64,000 nt of DNA. Source: the human T2T-CHM13v2.0 reference genome, Homo sapiens. Positions 14,757-29,783 of the stretch are shown here, in pieces. A program made the position numbers and the translations under genes. The notes beneath the pieces are model-generated. The model saw only the letters and a list, made by a program, of their open reading frames with translations, was not told the DNA's origin and did no database searches. Numbering within the stretch: the stretch's first letter is position 1; each line of letters starts with the position of its first letter. The DNA is taken from NCBI RefSeq assembly GCF_009914755.1, contig NC_060941.1; one strand, written 5' to 3'.

Positions 14757-15892
14757 GACTCGACAGAAAACCACCAAATGCTGAAAGATTTTTTTTACAA
14801 TTCTGGGATCCTCGTTCTTCCTGAAATGACCTAGAATGCAGGTGTTTGTCTTCAGGGATTTACAAATGGAAAACAAGCTCAAACCAGGCCATACCTCATT
14901 GAAGAAAACTCTTTTCATGTCTTTACAAATCCTGGAAGGTGTCTGTGCTCACTTCTATTACAATTTTTTAAAGAGTACCCTGGGCTCAGAGATGGCAAAC
15001 ACTGGTTTTAGAAGCTTTTCAGATGGAATGTTCGCATCCACTAAAAATGAAATCTTTTTAGAATTTAAGGATATTCATGTTTAAAATTACAGACTTTGAG
15101 GTTATATGGAACAAAAAAAGGTTAGCACCACCATGATAAAAATGGGAAACATCTTAGAGACCCGAGCAACATGCTAATGTATAGCCACCTATTTTTTGGC
15201 CTTGATCTGAGCCTGGCATGTGGTGGATGAGGGCATAGGATTTACAGTTACACCTGGTTTCGAACCCTAGTTCTTCTACTTACTGGAGAAGCTACTTAAA
15301 GCCACTAACTTTCCTTTATATAACTCTCCGTTAAGTATTTCAACACAGCATATGGATTAAGTTCATGAAATTCAATCTCCCTCCATCAGCATCATTGTAC
15401 CTATTCAACATGAACACAGAAAAAATGTAAAAATATTAGAGTGAATTGCAGAGTTTATTTATTCTCTCTGTGTTTATGGGGTGGCCTCTCATAAGAACAC
15501 TGGATTGGGAACTTGGGAAAATGAATTCGACATAGATCCTGCCCTCAAAGAGCAAAAACAGTCTAGTAGAAAAGATAAGATGCATAGACAAATAGCTGTG
15601 ATAAGTCAGAAAGGTTCAGGACCGTGAGAGATAGAGTCAATGGGAATTCTCAAAGGAGAAATTATTTCTGGTTCTGAGAAATCAGGAAAGGCGTTCTTTC
15701 CAGTATTATGCCATTCCAATGACTTCTGAGCTTTCCCTAGCATCAATTCTTGACCACGAGGAAAAATAAAAATTAGTAGTTTAATAATTGCATTACATAT
15801 TTGGGGAAGTATTAGTAGTAATGATAAAAAAACAAAAAAAGTTAAGACAATTACAAATTTGCAAGGGGAAAAACATTACGTAAGACAAATAT

Positions 15893-16185
<293 letters not shown>

Positions 16186-16699
16186 TTATTTACAGTATAC
16201 CACGTGGCTTAGTAATGAATAATACTTACACTATCACAATATTAATAACATAAGGACAAACTTCTGAATTTGCCAATAAGCATGATTTAGCTATACTGAG
16301 AGTAGAGAAAGGACAATAAGCGTATGTGAGTATGTAAAAGAATTGGATGTTCACTTTCAATTAAAAATTTAATAATGTCTACAATTATGATATTAAGAAA
16401 TATAGCAGTGCCAATATAGTATTTGGTAATATGGAGGTTTAGACTAGAAACATTGGCTAAAAGATGAAAGCAGTTGTCTTAGGGGGCAGGGTACAGGGAA
16501 GGAATAAGACTTGGGACTGCTGATTTTCATTATCACTACTGCAATGCTGTAAGTTTTTAAAGCATGTATGTATGTATCATTAAATAAATTTTTAATGAAC
16601 AAGAACAGAGGATGATGTAGTGGACACGTTTTTTTTTTTTTATTTGTTCAGTTATTTGGTCGTTGGTTGTTTGATTGTTTTTTCTGTCCATTTTCTCCC

Positions 16700-17110
16700 C
16701 GTGATTATTCTAAAAATGCAAACTCCTTTCTCAGCAAATTTTATTCCTCCACTTTAAACACATGGTTTCTATGGAGGGTTACATTTTTTAAGATAAGCTT
16801 ATTCCTTGGCTACAATAGATTGATCCAGAATTGGGACAGAGAGAGGAAGAGAGAGAGACAAAAACAGGAGAGAGAGACAGAGAGAGAATGAAATGTCACA
16901 TAAATATAGGTAATGATGAAGAAGAACTGTAGCAGTGTTGAAGTCCCTGGTTCCGTTTATTCCTGAGGACCAACATCACCCTTGCCTTTCCAGTAACTTG
17001 GTTTTTAAGTTTTACTTCCTATGGGATACCTCCTACATCCTTCATACTTTTCTTCACAGTTAGTTTGATATTGTTTGTTCATTTTTTTCCGTAAAGAACA
17101 GTAACCACAC
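16700..17110 (+). mobile_element. Old ERVL-type LTR (LTR33-like) with an internal (GA)n tract
   Basis: CCCTGGTTCCGTTTATTCCTGAGG...CCCTTGCCTTTCC...GTTAGTTTGA resembles an LTR33 3' half. GA repeat at 16839-16888. Confidence 0.45.
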
Positions 17111-17203
17111 TCCTACTCTAAAAGGGCATCTGAGCAGCAGCCTCTGGTGCAGTTTCTCAAAGATTCTCGGGAGATACCGGAGATGGCAGAGTGGACGGTT
17201 TTA

Positions 17204-17767
<564 letters not shown>

Positions 17768-17999
17768 TCACTCCACCTCCTGTCTTTCTAAAATCTATTT
17801 GGAGGTTAAATCTCCATGAACAGTGGGCGTACAGTGGTGACAAGTGGCCATGGTGCAATACATCCTAAGAGGAAGAGCCTGGCTAAGGAAAGGAAGGACA
17901 AGGACACCGGAGTGGGCAGAGCACAGATGGGACCCCAAAGCCAATTCTATTTCTCCACAAGGCTGGAAGATCAGGAGGATCAGGGGAACGGTGGAGGAC

Positions 18000-20140
<2,141 letters not shown>

Positions 20141-21599
20141 ATAAATAATATAAATTATCTCCTTGAGATTTTTAAAAACGCATTCATTCTGATGTGCGTC
20201 TTCTGAGCAAACATTACTGGTGGGAAATATATCAACGTGTTAAGAGTAATTAGCTTTGGGTAGTGTTTGTTTTCTTTGGTGTAACAATTTGTCTATACAC
20301 ATGCATTGATCTTTAAATGGAACAGGTACTTGATAGAGGCTGTATCTTTATGTTTTCAAAGTTAGAAAACTGTCCTTGGGGCCATTGCAAGTTCTCACCT
20401 CATTTTTAAGATGGAAGATAGAAGTTATCTTTAGGGAAGACAAACCCTCTTGTGGCATAGCTGTGAAACAAACATGTAACCAATGCTGTCTAGAATCGGT
20501 GAACTAATTTAAATGTAGATAATTTCAGATTGAGCAATATTAACTTTCAGTTCAACTATATGAACTAGGTAAAACATTTTTAGGGACAAGATTAACACAG
20601 AATTAGAGACTTGCTTTCTTTAAATTAGATTTAAATTGCTCTGTGCCTTAAATATATAGCTTGTTCTTGAGAGAGATATTTATGTTTATAGCCAGACTTT
20701 TATTGGAGAGCCACATTACGACTGGGAGGACAGGCTCCTCTTGCTAGAGCAAGATTTCTCAGCCTCTGGGCTGGGACACAGGCAGAAGGATATGCCCCTG
20801 CTTGTGCACTTTCTCTGGGAGTGGAGCAGCATGGGGGAAATGGTAATTATAAGAACTGAGGAACTGGGTGGCTGAACACCACTGAGGCTTTGAAGAGAGA
20901 AAATGAGAGGTTTAGGGTGATCATCAAAAATTCAAAGTAAAATGTGAACACCAGAGGACCTATTTGGCATCCTTTAAAGAACTGCTTCTCTCTTATATTT
21001 GGAGGGCTGGTCATTCTGAGAACCAGGCTCACGATCTATCTGTAAGAGCACCAGAACTTGAGAAAAGGTTGACGAATCAGCCCCAGCAAGTCTCCTAAAC
21101 TAAAGTCTAGGTCTTTATAGGGTGGGATACTGAGACTCTGGAGAGGACATCTGGGTGGGCGCCCTGGAGAGCCTTGAATTGTCTGGGCCTGTAGAAGTGG
21201 ACTGCTCCTCCTTGTTAAAGGATAGGGCCCCCAACCACTTTGTTTGAGAGCCATGCAGAAGCTTTAAGTGAGACAGTAAGGACCACTGTGCTAGAGGATA
21301 GACTTGCAGGGATTGAACTGAATTTGATGCTGGAGTACCTGGATTAACAGTGTTGCTGAGAGGCTGACCATGCCACACCTTATCAGGACACTGTTGAAGT
21401 TTGGGAGTGAGTTTTCTATGCTGTGGAATGTAGACCATATCCAGTGAGTGAGGAGGAACATCTTCCCTGAATTAAACTGAAATTTAGTTAGTAGTAGTAG
21501 TGAAATTCAGTTACTACTGTGATTGTGACTGAGCAGGGTCTCTTCCCAAATGCTAGGGAATAGTTAGAAGTAGGGGTCAGCAGTAGAGGAAAGTGACTC

Positions 21600-21782
21600 T
21601 CCTTAAAGTTGCAACACGTTAGGGTCAACAGCAGCATAAGCAGCTACACAGTAGTAGCAAAAGAAGGAAGATAGGGACAGTTGCAGGTGTGAACCATTAG
21701 CCACGGTACTTGCAGGGGCTGAGGGGTGGGTTTGCTGGGTAGTAAGGGGAATGTGGCATAAGTACCAATAGCAACTACTACA
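21600..21782 (-). mobile_element. 3' LTR (LTR16-like, partial) of the ERV-L provirus
   Basis: Minus strand begins TGTAGTAGTTGCTATTGGTAC...TCCCCTT immediately after the purine tract AAAGGAGTGGAC (PPT, 21794->21783). Confidence 0.65.
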
Positions 21783-24700
21783 GTCCACTCCTTTAGCTCT
21801 CAGCCCTATGGGTGCTTCTGGCGCTAAGTTCTCCCCCATCTGGATACAGCTTCTCCATGATCCTGCTTGGTCGTAAATTCTGGGGAAACTGATAAGAACA
21901 GCATAAATCATACCCCTGCTGCTGTACTTGATCTCAACTCAAGGCTTTACTTGATTTTATCGTTTTCCTTCTCTATACCTGTTTGTAGTTATAATTGGGC
22001 ATGAGAGTGCCCAGAGGTACCCCAGTGGATCACTTCCCTGCCTGCCTTGTTTAATCAGAATTCTACCTCTTCATGATGATTAGGCTATAGCCCCTCACAA
22101 GACACATGGTAACTACTTTCTTTAATTGCTGGTCTATTGGCATGAGAAACCCAAAGTGACCATGTGGTAAATGCAATTTAAAGTTCAGCATGATGTTTAC
22201 TGGGTCCTTTGATGGAAGCACAGGCCTTCTGAGAACCAGAACTTGAGACTCACACTCAGGGGCAGGAAGCACAAGTTCCTTAAGAGGGCCTGTTGGAATG
22301 AAAGTCATAGGAGGCTCTCCTAAGTCTACTGCTTGGTTCCTGGACCCATGTGTTCGCTAGAATAATACTGCTTCCAATAGCTATATTGGAGACGCACTCC
22401 AAACATTTTTAAATCTCCATTCTTAGAGGGTGTCATCTCAAAGCTGAGGCCTCAGCTGCACTTTCCAAAGGACATTCTACTGTTCTACCAGGCTGGTAGC
22501 TTCTACATGGTATAATATGTGGTAAGACCAGCAAATACCATGCCCATGTGCCCACTGCTGTGCCACTCTTTGCCAGTCTCTTGGACTGAGGACGTACTAT
22601 GCAAGATTACATGTTGGAAGATCAAGCCCTCCGTGAGCCTTTGGAATAATGGTACTGGCAGAGCGACTTCAGGCAGAAAAGGTAAACTGGTATCCAGAAT
22701 ACATACCAATTGTGATTAAGATGAATTGCTATTTCCAGAGAAGAAGGGATCCGGTGTAACTGAATGGCCAACAGTAGTAGCTGGTTGGTCTTACTGATGT
22801 CATGGTAACCATGTAGTTGCTCAATTTGATTTCTTTTACTGGCAGGTTGGATGTTAAACAGTTGAAGTCCAACCTGGCAAGTCTCGGTCTTGGTGAGAGG
22901 AAGCCAGTGTTGCTAGACAGATGTATAGCCTCTATTTCTACTGTAATGGCAACCCCACTCACTACTAAACAATGGAGTGGTCAGGGAACGAGGTTGGCTG
23001 CCATTAACTGGTTGCATCAACCTTTCCAGTTGGGTGTTGGTGCCTCTTCTTCAGTGGATATTCTATGATGGGCATAAAATGCAGTACAAGGATGATCACA
23101 CTTGATGTCCATTCCCACATGTCCATCTGCATAACTCTTCCTCAGATCTCCTTGTCTTCTCTTCCAATCTTGCTTTTCCCACTTCCTTAACCAACCAGCT
23201 AAGCCATTTGCATTGGTCCTGAGTCCATATATATTCTAATCTCAGGTCAATTCTCCCTCCATACAAAGCAGATGGCAATGAGCATGACCTGAAGCTCTGC
23301 CCACTGATAAGTTTTCTTCTCATTTGTTTTTCACGGCCACCTCTAAGTGGGGCTAGAGTGAAGAAGTTCATCTCCAGTTCATACAAACCTACCGATCTGA
23401 GTCCATTTATGTATTAAGTACAGGAGATTTTCTCCTCCGCCTTCTGAACATAGAGAATGATTCTTGAGATGAAAGGTGTGAGCTGTGCGAGAGGCATTGA
23501 TATAATAGAGGAAACTGACATGAGGTCTGATGTCTAGGCCACCTGTACTCTCTGAACCTTGTCCAGCTCATTCCAGAATATACCACTCCTATCTTGCAGT
23601 GGCCGCCCCAATTTTATGACTTGATGAGTCTGACAGTCTCCAGTTCATTATGTGCAATTCTGACTCCACGGCCATTTGATGTCTTATGGTAATTCATGGT
23701 GTCTCTGTCAGGGCTCAGTAGCAGATGAGTTTGAGCATGTGTGTGCACACATGCGTGTGGTTTTAATAGCATGTATGTCTAAGTTGCAGATAGTATTCTT
23801 TTGCTCAAGAACCTAGGAAATCATAGGAAACCTTATGAATTCTCTATAGGGACTTGCTAGAAACTCCATAAAGCATCCCAAGTGGCAGGGTTGCTCACAG
23901 TGCAGGCTGGACCTGCCTCAGAGCCCTTTTTTGCTTTAGGTCCCCTTAAAACATCAGCATTACCAAATAAATGGGTCAGAGTAGTATTCTCAAGAGTGTA
24001 GTATGCTGTGTCTAAAACCCAAAGAGGCCACCTAAGCCCTGTGCTGCTTTCTCAGTGGTAAGAGGTACATGGTGCAATAGCCTGTCATTTACATTAGAAA
24101 GGATGACCCATTTTGTGCCAGAATACAGGGTCCATAAATATTTAACTGATGCATCAGGACTCTAAATATTTTTAGAATTTCTCTCTCTCCTTCTAGAGTG
24201 CATGTGTTTTACCACTTCTTGCATATCGGGGCCAACTTACATGATGTCAGCAATATGGGTGAATGTGGTCATCTATAGAATGTCCAGATGGCCCAGATCC
24301 TTTCAGACAATATAGGGACAGAGAGAAAGATAATTAACATATCTCTGGGGCAAGACCATGAATGTATACTGCTATTCATCCCATATGAATGCAAATTGCT
24401 TCTGTCTTCCTATTTGATGAGTATTGAAAAGAATGCATTTGCCAGATCAATAGCTTCATGCCACTTGCCAGAGTCTCTAATAAAGACACCATTCCAGAAC
24501 AGCAGGTGCAATTGGCTGTACTAATTGGTTAAGTTTGCAGTGGCACACTGTTATTCTCCATGATGAACCTAGTTTTTGCAGGACGATTGCCCCTGCATCC
24601 TTTAAATCTTTATCTACCATTTCCCCAAAAATATAATGATTACTTTACATTTGCTATCTTGGCTGGACATGAAGGGAGTTTCAGTTGCTTGCACTGAACC

Positions 24701-25258
24701 TTTCTTATTAAATAGCTCTAAGTGTATAGGTCAATGAACCAGTGTAAGGATTTTGCCAACAACTTAATGTGTCCCTTTCCATTACGTATTCAGGAACTGA
24801 GGAAACGACCACTGGGTGCTATCTGGATCCAGTGGACATTGTGAGATAGACCTGGGTCAGGACTTCATTTATTACATGACTCCCCTGTACTTTTACTCTA
24901 TTGGAGGCCCAGATGGAGCTTTGGGTCCCTGTGCGTCAGTGTCAACTTGAACTTTGTATCTACAGCCCTCAAATGGTATGGGTATTCCATTTTTCTCATT
25001 GTGCTGTTACCTGAGTAAATGACCAATGTTCCCTTTAGAGAAGAACTGGGGGAATCAATACCGTATGTATTTACCATGTGTCCCACCCAGTTCACTACAG
25101 GTGAGAGTCTTCTTAACTGAGCTGCTACAGCAGCCAGGGACTATCACTCTGCACCTACCACCAGTGATGATAACCTCCTTTAGCAGAAGGTTCGAAGTGA
25201 TCCAACTTCAGAATTTCATCCTTAAAGTCAGCTTCCTAGGACTACTCCTGGTACCAAT
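21783..25258 (-). mobile_element. Degenerate ERV-L class internal region (HERV16/ERV3-16A3-like): pro-RT-RNaseH-IN-dUTPase, with gag largely deleted
   Basis: Minus-strand motifs in order: PBS TGGTACCAGGAGT (25256->25244); protease-like RAVDTKFKLTLTHRDPK (~24930-24975); RT WHEAIDLANAFFSI (24463->24422); RNase H EIRIYMDS..ANGLAGW (~23190-23245, frameshifted); integrase EATSLVEQ*NVLWKVQL (~22455-22510); dUTPase LNFKLHLPHGHFGFLMPIDQQLKKVVT (ORF 22063-22308). Confidence 0.9.
25244..25256 (-). other. Retroviral primer-binding site (tRNA-Leu)
   Basis: The plus strand ACTCCTGGTACCA matches the 3' 13 nt of tRNA-Leu(TAA) including CCA, and lies next to the LTR end. Confidence 0.8.
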
Positions 25259-25660
25259 GGTCTCAGCTCAGGTTTCCCAGAAGTAGACTCTGAGATGGAG
25301 ATTCACATACTCTTAATATACTGAATGCTCTTTAGAAGAAAAAAAAATGTTAGTAAGTGAGGGAAGCAGGCTAGAGCAGCAGAAGGAATCGAGAAGAATG
25401 TGGTCTCAAGTCAAATCTAGTGCTGATTTAGTCCATGAGAATTCCAGAGTGTTTTGCATATCACAGTTGTCCAGCCTTGAGGCAAGTGATTGGATTTGGT
25501 AGGTTATTTTCTGAAGACCACTGATGTGAAGAGGAAATCTTTTCTTTTGCATACGACAGAAGGCAAATCTTACCAAGGAGAAAGTCCTTGGTACAGCCCA
25601 TGCCTTCTGTACATAGGCTGAAGGGGTTAACAGATGAAGACCAGAATCACAGGCATCATG
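25259..25660 (-). mobile_element. 5' LTR (LTR16-like) of the ERV-L provirus
   Basis: CTCAGGTTTCCCAGAAGTAGACTCTGAGATGGAGATTC... and CACAGTTGTCCAGCCTTGAGGCAAG resemble antisense LTR16. The far boundary is approximate. Confidence 0.65.
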
Positions 25661-25709
25661 TCAGCCCTTTCTAGTGCAGACACCAACAAAGCCCAGCACA
25701 GAGTTTGTG

Positions 25710-25900
25710 GTGTCAAGCTGTGAATAATTCAATTCCACTACTTGCTAGCTGTGTGACCTTAGACAAATAATTTAACTTCTCTGAGCCTTAGTGTCATCCT
25801 CTGAAAAGCTATGTAGTAGAAACATACCTATGTCATGTGATTGCTATGAAATTTTATAATATAACATGTGAAGTGTTTGCCAATAAGCTCTCAGTAAGCT
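25710..25900 (+). mobile_element. MIR
   Basis: CTTGCTAGCTGTGTGACCTTAGACAAATAATTTAACTTCTCTGAGCCTTAGT. Confidence 0.8.
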
Positions 25901-26602
25901 AGTTGTTTTATCTTCATTCTTATCATAAATTTTCAAGTCAATTTGGAAGTGAAAGATGTTTTCTCTAAGAAGGCAAGAAAAAAGAGGCCATAGAAATTAA
26001 CTCCTTTCTTCCATAATCCTTTGTAAACAAGGAACAATTCCTAAAGAAGATAGACAAAGGAGATGGATTTGTGGAATCAGAATCATCTAGCTCAGCTGGT
26101 GACCTCTTTTTGACTGGCTCATTCCTGGGAAAACCAAGATTCTAAGACTCTCAAATCCTTCTGGAAGCTTGGTTACAGAATCCTGTAGAAATGAGTTTCT
26201 GAGCCCTGGCTATAAATTTTGATTGACTTTACTTTTGCCTAATGTTCGAGAGAAAGCTAGCTTCATATTCTCTGGGACAGCCTATCCAGAAGTTCAGTGA
26301 AAGGGGAAAATTGCTGTTGATTCTCACTCCAGTAAGTCAAGAGCTAGAAAGAAAGTGGATATTGATATGGTGGAGCCAGAAAATCATTAGGCAGGAATCC
26401 AGGAGACCTAAGGTCTATATTCCAACTCAGCCGCATCAAGGCCATATGATCTATAAAATACATTGGCAGAAGGGGAGAGGAATTTGAAGTTAGAAGTACT
26501 TGGGATTGAATCCCAGCCCCACAAATTTTCAGCTGCAACTTTACAAAAGTATTTAACTTTTCTGGTATTCAGTAACCGCATCTTGAAAATAAAGAACATG
26601 GA

Positions 26603-26785
26603 ATGATTTTCAATTTTGACTATACATTAGAATCACCAAGGACATTTTTCAGAAATGCTGGTGCTACCCTAGACCAGTTGAATCAGAATCTCTGGGGTGG
26701 GGCCTGGACATCTGTATATTTTAATTTTCCCTCACGTGATTCTGCCCAGATGATTCACATGCACGGTGAAGGTTGAGAACCACTG
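26603..26785. mobile_element. MER5A-type hAT-Charlie MITE
   Basis: ACATTAGAATCACC...TGAATCAGAATCTCTGGGGTGGGGCC...GGTTGAGAACCACTG. Confidence 0.85.
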
Positions 26786-27117
26786 GTTAGATCATCTCTC
26801 AGTGCTGACATTGATGTACTCCAACATGGCAAGTAATCCAAACACCTCCATTGCAGGCTTTTAAATGTGCACTTGTACTGTGAGCTCCATCCCAAAAATA
26901 AGGTCAGGAAAAGTTCACACTCTTTAGTTTTTTTTTTTTTTTTAATGCTTTCAATGGTATCTTTGCGGCCTGAGTCCACAGTTGAGTGAAATAAAGAAGT
27001 CTTTGCAGCTGGTCGAAGAACAGGACTACTTTGTCTTGGGGTGAAGGCTGATGGGACCAGTGGAATTTTCTTATAATCTTAGCCATGTGGTACTTCATAG
27101 AAAGATGCTTTGTTGAG

Positions 27118-27410
27118 GGTTGGGTGCGGTGGCTCATTCCTGTAGTCCCAGCGTTTTGGAAGGCTGAGGCAGGGGGGTTGCTTGAGGCCAGGAGTTCACT
27201 TAACATAGCAAGACCCCATCTCTACAAAAAGTAATAATAATAATGAAACAAAAAAATTAGAATGGCTTGGTGGCACATGCCTGGAGTTTTAGCTACTCTG
27301 GAGGCCGAAGTGGGAGAATTGCTTGAGCCCAAGAGTTCAAAGTTATGGTGAGCTATAACAGCACCACTGCACTCCAGCCTGGGTGACAGATGGAAACCTA
27401 GTCTTAAAAA
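27118..27410 (+). mobile_element. AluJ
   Basis: Diverged dimer with J-type right arm (TTGAGCCCAAGAGTTCAAAGTTA). Confidence 0.9.
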
Positions 27411-27574
27411 ATGAAGAAGGGAAAGAGAGAGAGAAAGAGAAAGAAAGAAAGAGAGAAAGAAAAGAAGGAAAGAGAGAGAGAAAGAAAGAAAAGAAAGAAA
27501 AAGGCAGGCAGGGGGCGAGAGGGAGGGAGAGGGGAGCGACGGAGGGAAGGAGGGAGGAAGGAAGGAAAAGAAAA
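27411..27574 (+). repeat. Purine-rich (GA/GGA) low-complexity tract following the Alu tail
   Basis: About 160 nt, almost entirely A/G. Confidence 0.9.
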
Positions 27575-28200
27575 GTGCTCTGTTGGCATCAGAGTGGGAA
27601 ATTCACTTGAAATCAGATTTCAGAATGATAACCAGTGACTGCTTGTTTTTTATGGTACTGGAATTTTTTCTTTTTTTTTTTTTCTCCCTGATACTGATTT
27701 TCCTCAAAACCACTCACTGTCATTTGTCTGACTGGCCTTAAAAAAAGCCAGAGCCATATGCTGTTTTTGCATCTTCCTGACCTCCCATCAATCCAGTAGT
27801 TTGGACCATTTCCTGGGTAAAAAGGGAATCTCCAACTCTGCCCAAGAAAACTGGGGTTCAGCCAGCCCCCTTCTGCTTATTGCCTGTGAAGTCAGCGTTC
27901 TACCTGGCTTAGCTAAAGAGATCAGGGTCTTACGCCAACACCACTAACTGACACAGCCAATTAAGGCAAAGTATGGCTTAAAACAGCAGAATTAGAAATC
28001 TTAATCGATTCATCCTCTGGAACATCTGCTTTGGGAGAAAACAATATGAGTACTAAGGCTATTTTCACTAACAAAATAATCTCAAATTCTTTTCTTTTTG
28101 TCAAAATATAAAGACTTGACAGCTTAAGAACTCCAATGCTCCTGAGGGGTCATAGTTTGTAGGAAAGCCCCAAGATGGCTTATAGTGCCAATATTTTTAC

Positions 28201-28332
28201 TTGGATCCATCAACTTGCCTAAATGTCTTGGTTTTACATCCAGGTTGCTCCATCTGTACTGACCTGGCTTTTCTCCAGGCAAAAAGTTTCTTACAAGGGG
28301 CCAGTAGGCAGGCAAAGTGCTTTAGGAAGAGA
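28201..28332 (+). repeat. Inverted repeat, left arm
   Basis: Reverse complement of 29101-29231, with about 11 differences in 132 nt (manual alignment). Confidence 0.95.
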
Positions 28333-29100
28333 AAGCTTAAGCAGAACAGAAAGCTAAAAATAGCCCAATTTAGTTAATATTTAACACTTTGTATTTTCAT
28401 GAAGCAGGTTGAAAATTTAAGCTCCACCGTTGGCTAGGAAAGCCAAAAATATTTCTTTAATATTTTAGTACCTGAAACCACTTAGCAGTAGGGGAAAGGC
28501 TGCCTGTTATGAAATGTGTTTAGTCATGGAGGACAAGGCCAAATTTCCACTGTTGGGAGAACTAGCCACCCATTGGCTGTTCACAGACACAAGCCAAAAC
28601 CACCAGGCTCAGAATGTAGTTGTGAAGCCTACGGTAGTAAGAATGCCTCTTTTTCCTTTTTCAGTTTCCTAATCTGATTTTCAGTAAAGGAACATCCCAG
28701 TTCCTACAGGTTGTTCCTCGATGATGCCTGGATCTCACTTCAGGGGCCCTGATGGCTGTGAATGGGTTTTCAGGAGTCCAAGGAATGGTGCTCAGCTGGC
28801 GTCTCTGGGTCCTTGTCTTGTGGCTACAGGGATCTCTATCACAGCCCACCTCTCCCACTTCTGGCACCTGCTCCGCTTCCTCCCTACCTTCCACCTCACA
28901 CCTAATCCATGCCTATGTGTACTTGGATACATGGGTGCAGCTGAATTACTTAGCTCTTAAACCCTCCCAAGAGGTGAACTCTAAGCCAAAAATCCTGGGA
29001 CTTTCAAACTCATTCTGCCTCATCCTGTCTTCCTTCAACACATGTTAATGAATTTTTACCAGCTGTGGTACAATAAATAAATAAGTGAGTAATGAATCAA

Positions 29101-29231
29101 TCTCTTCCTAAAGCACTTTGCCTGCCTACCAGTCATTGCAAGAGACTTTTTGCCTGGAGAAAAGCCAGGTCGGTACAGATGGAGCAACCTGGAGGTAAAA
29201 CCAATACATTTAGGCAACTTGATGGATCCAA
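29101..29231 (-). repeat. Inverted repeat, right arm
   Basis: TCTCTTCCTAAAGCACTTTGCCTGCCTAC...GGCAACTTGATGGATCCAA pairs with 28201-28332. Confidence 0.95.
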
Positions 29232-29243
29232 AGACCAAAGACG

Positions 29244-29751
29244 GTCTTTGTCTCTGGTTCCTGGCACAGAGCGTCCAAAACCCCTGGAATTTTGTGAGTG
29301 ACAGAAGTATAATTTGTGATTTGTAAAGGGGCCCCTTTTGACCATAGCCATGTTTATGCTAATGAGGTAACTCTTGGCAGGGTGGAGGGTCTAATAGCTT
29401 CAGGATGGGGGTTGGTCACCAGAAAAAAACAACCACGTGGCTAGAGGGTTAAAATATCAGCCCCACCAGCTGGGCATAGTGGCTCACACCTGTAATCCCA
29501 GCACTTTGGGAGGCCAAGGTGGGTGGATCACCTGAGGTCAGGAGTTCAAGACCAGCCTGGCCAACATGATGAAACCCCATCTCTACTAAAAATACACAAA
29601 TTAGCCAGGCGTGGTGGTGGGCGCCTGTAATCCCAGCTACTCAGGAGGCTGAGACAGGAGAATCACTTGAACCCTGGAGGCGGAGGTTGCAGTAAGCTGA
29701 GATCACACCACTGTACTTCAGCTTGGGGGAGACAGAGCAAGACTCCATCTC

Positions 29752-29783
<32 letters not shown>

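Noticed and set aside
23735-23754. Short palindrome GCATGTGTG-TG-CACACATGC
   Set aside because: It is a low-complexity TG/CA sequence, expected by chance.
25244-25256. tRNA-Leu 3'-end match as a tRNA gene
   Set aside because: It is only 13 nt, includes the CCA and lies next to an LTR, so it is a primer-binding site.
27383-27638. Lys/Arg/Glu-rich ORFs
   Set aside because: They are artefacts of the GA-rich low-complexity tract.
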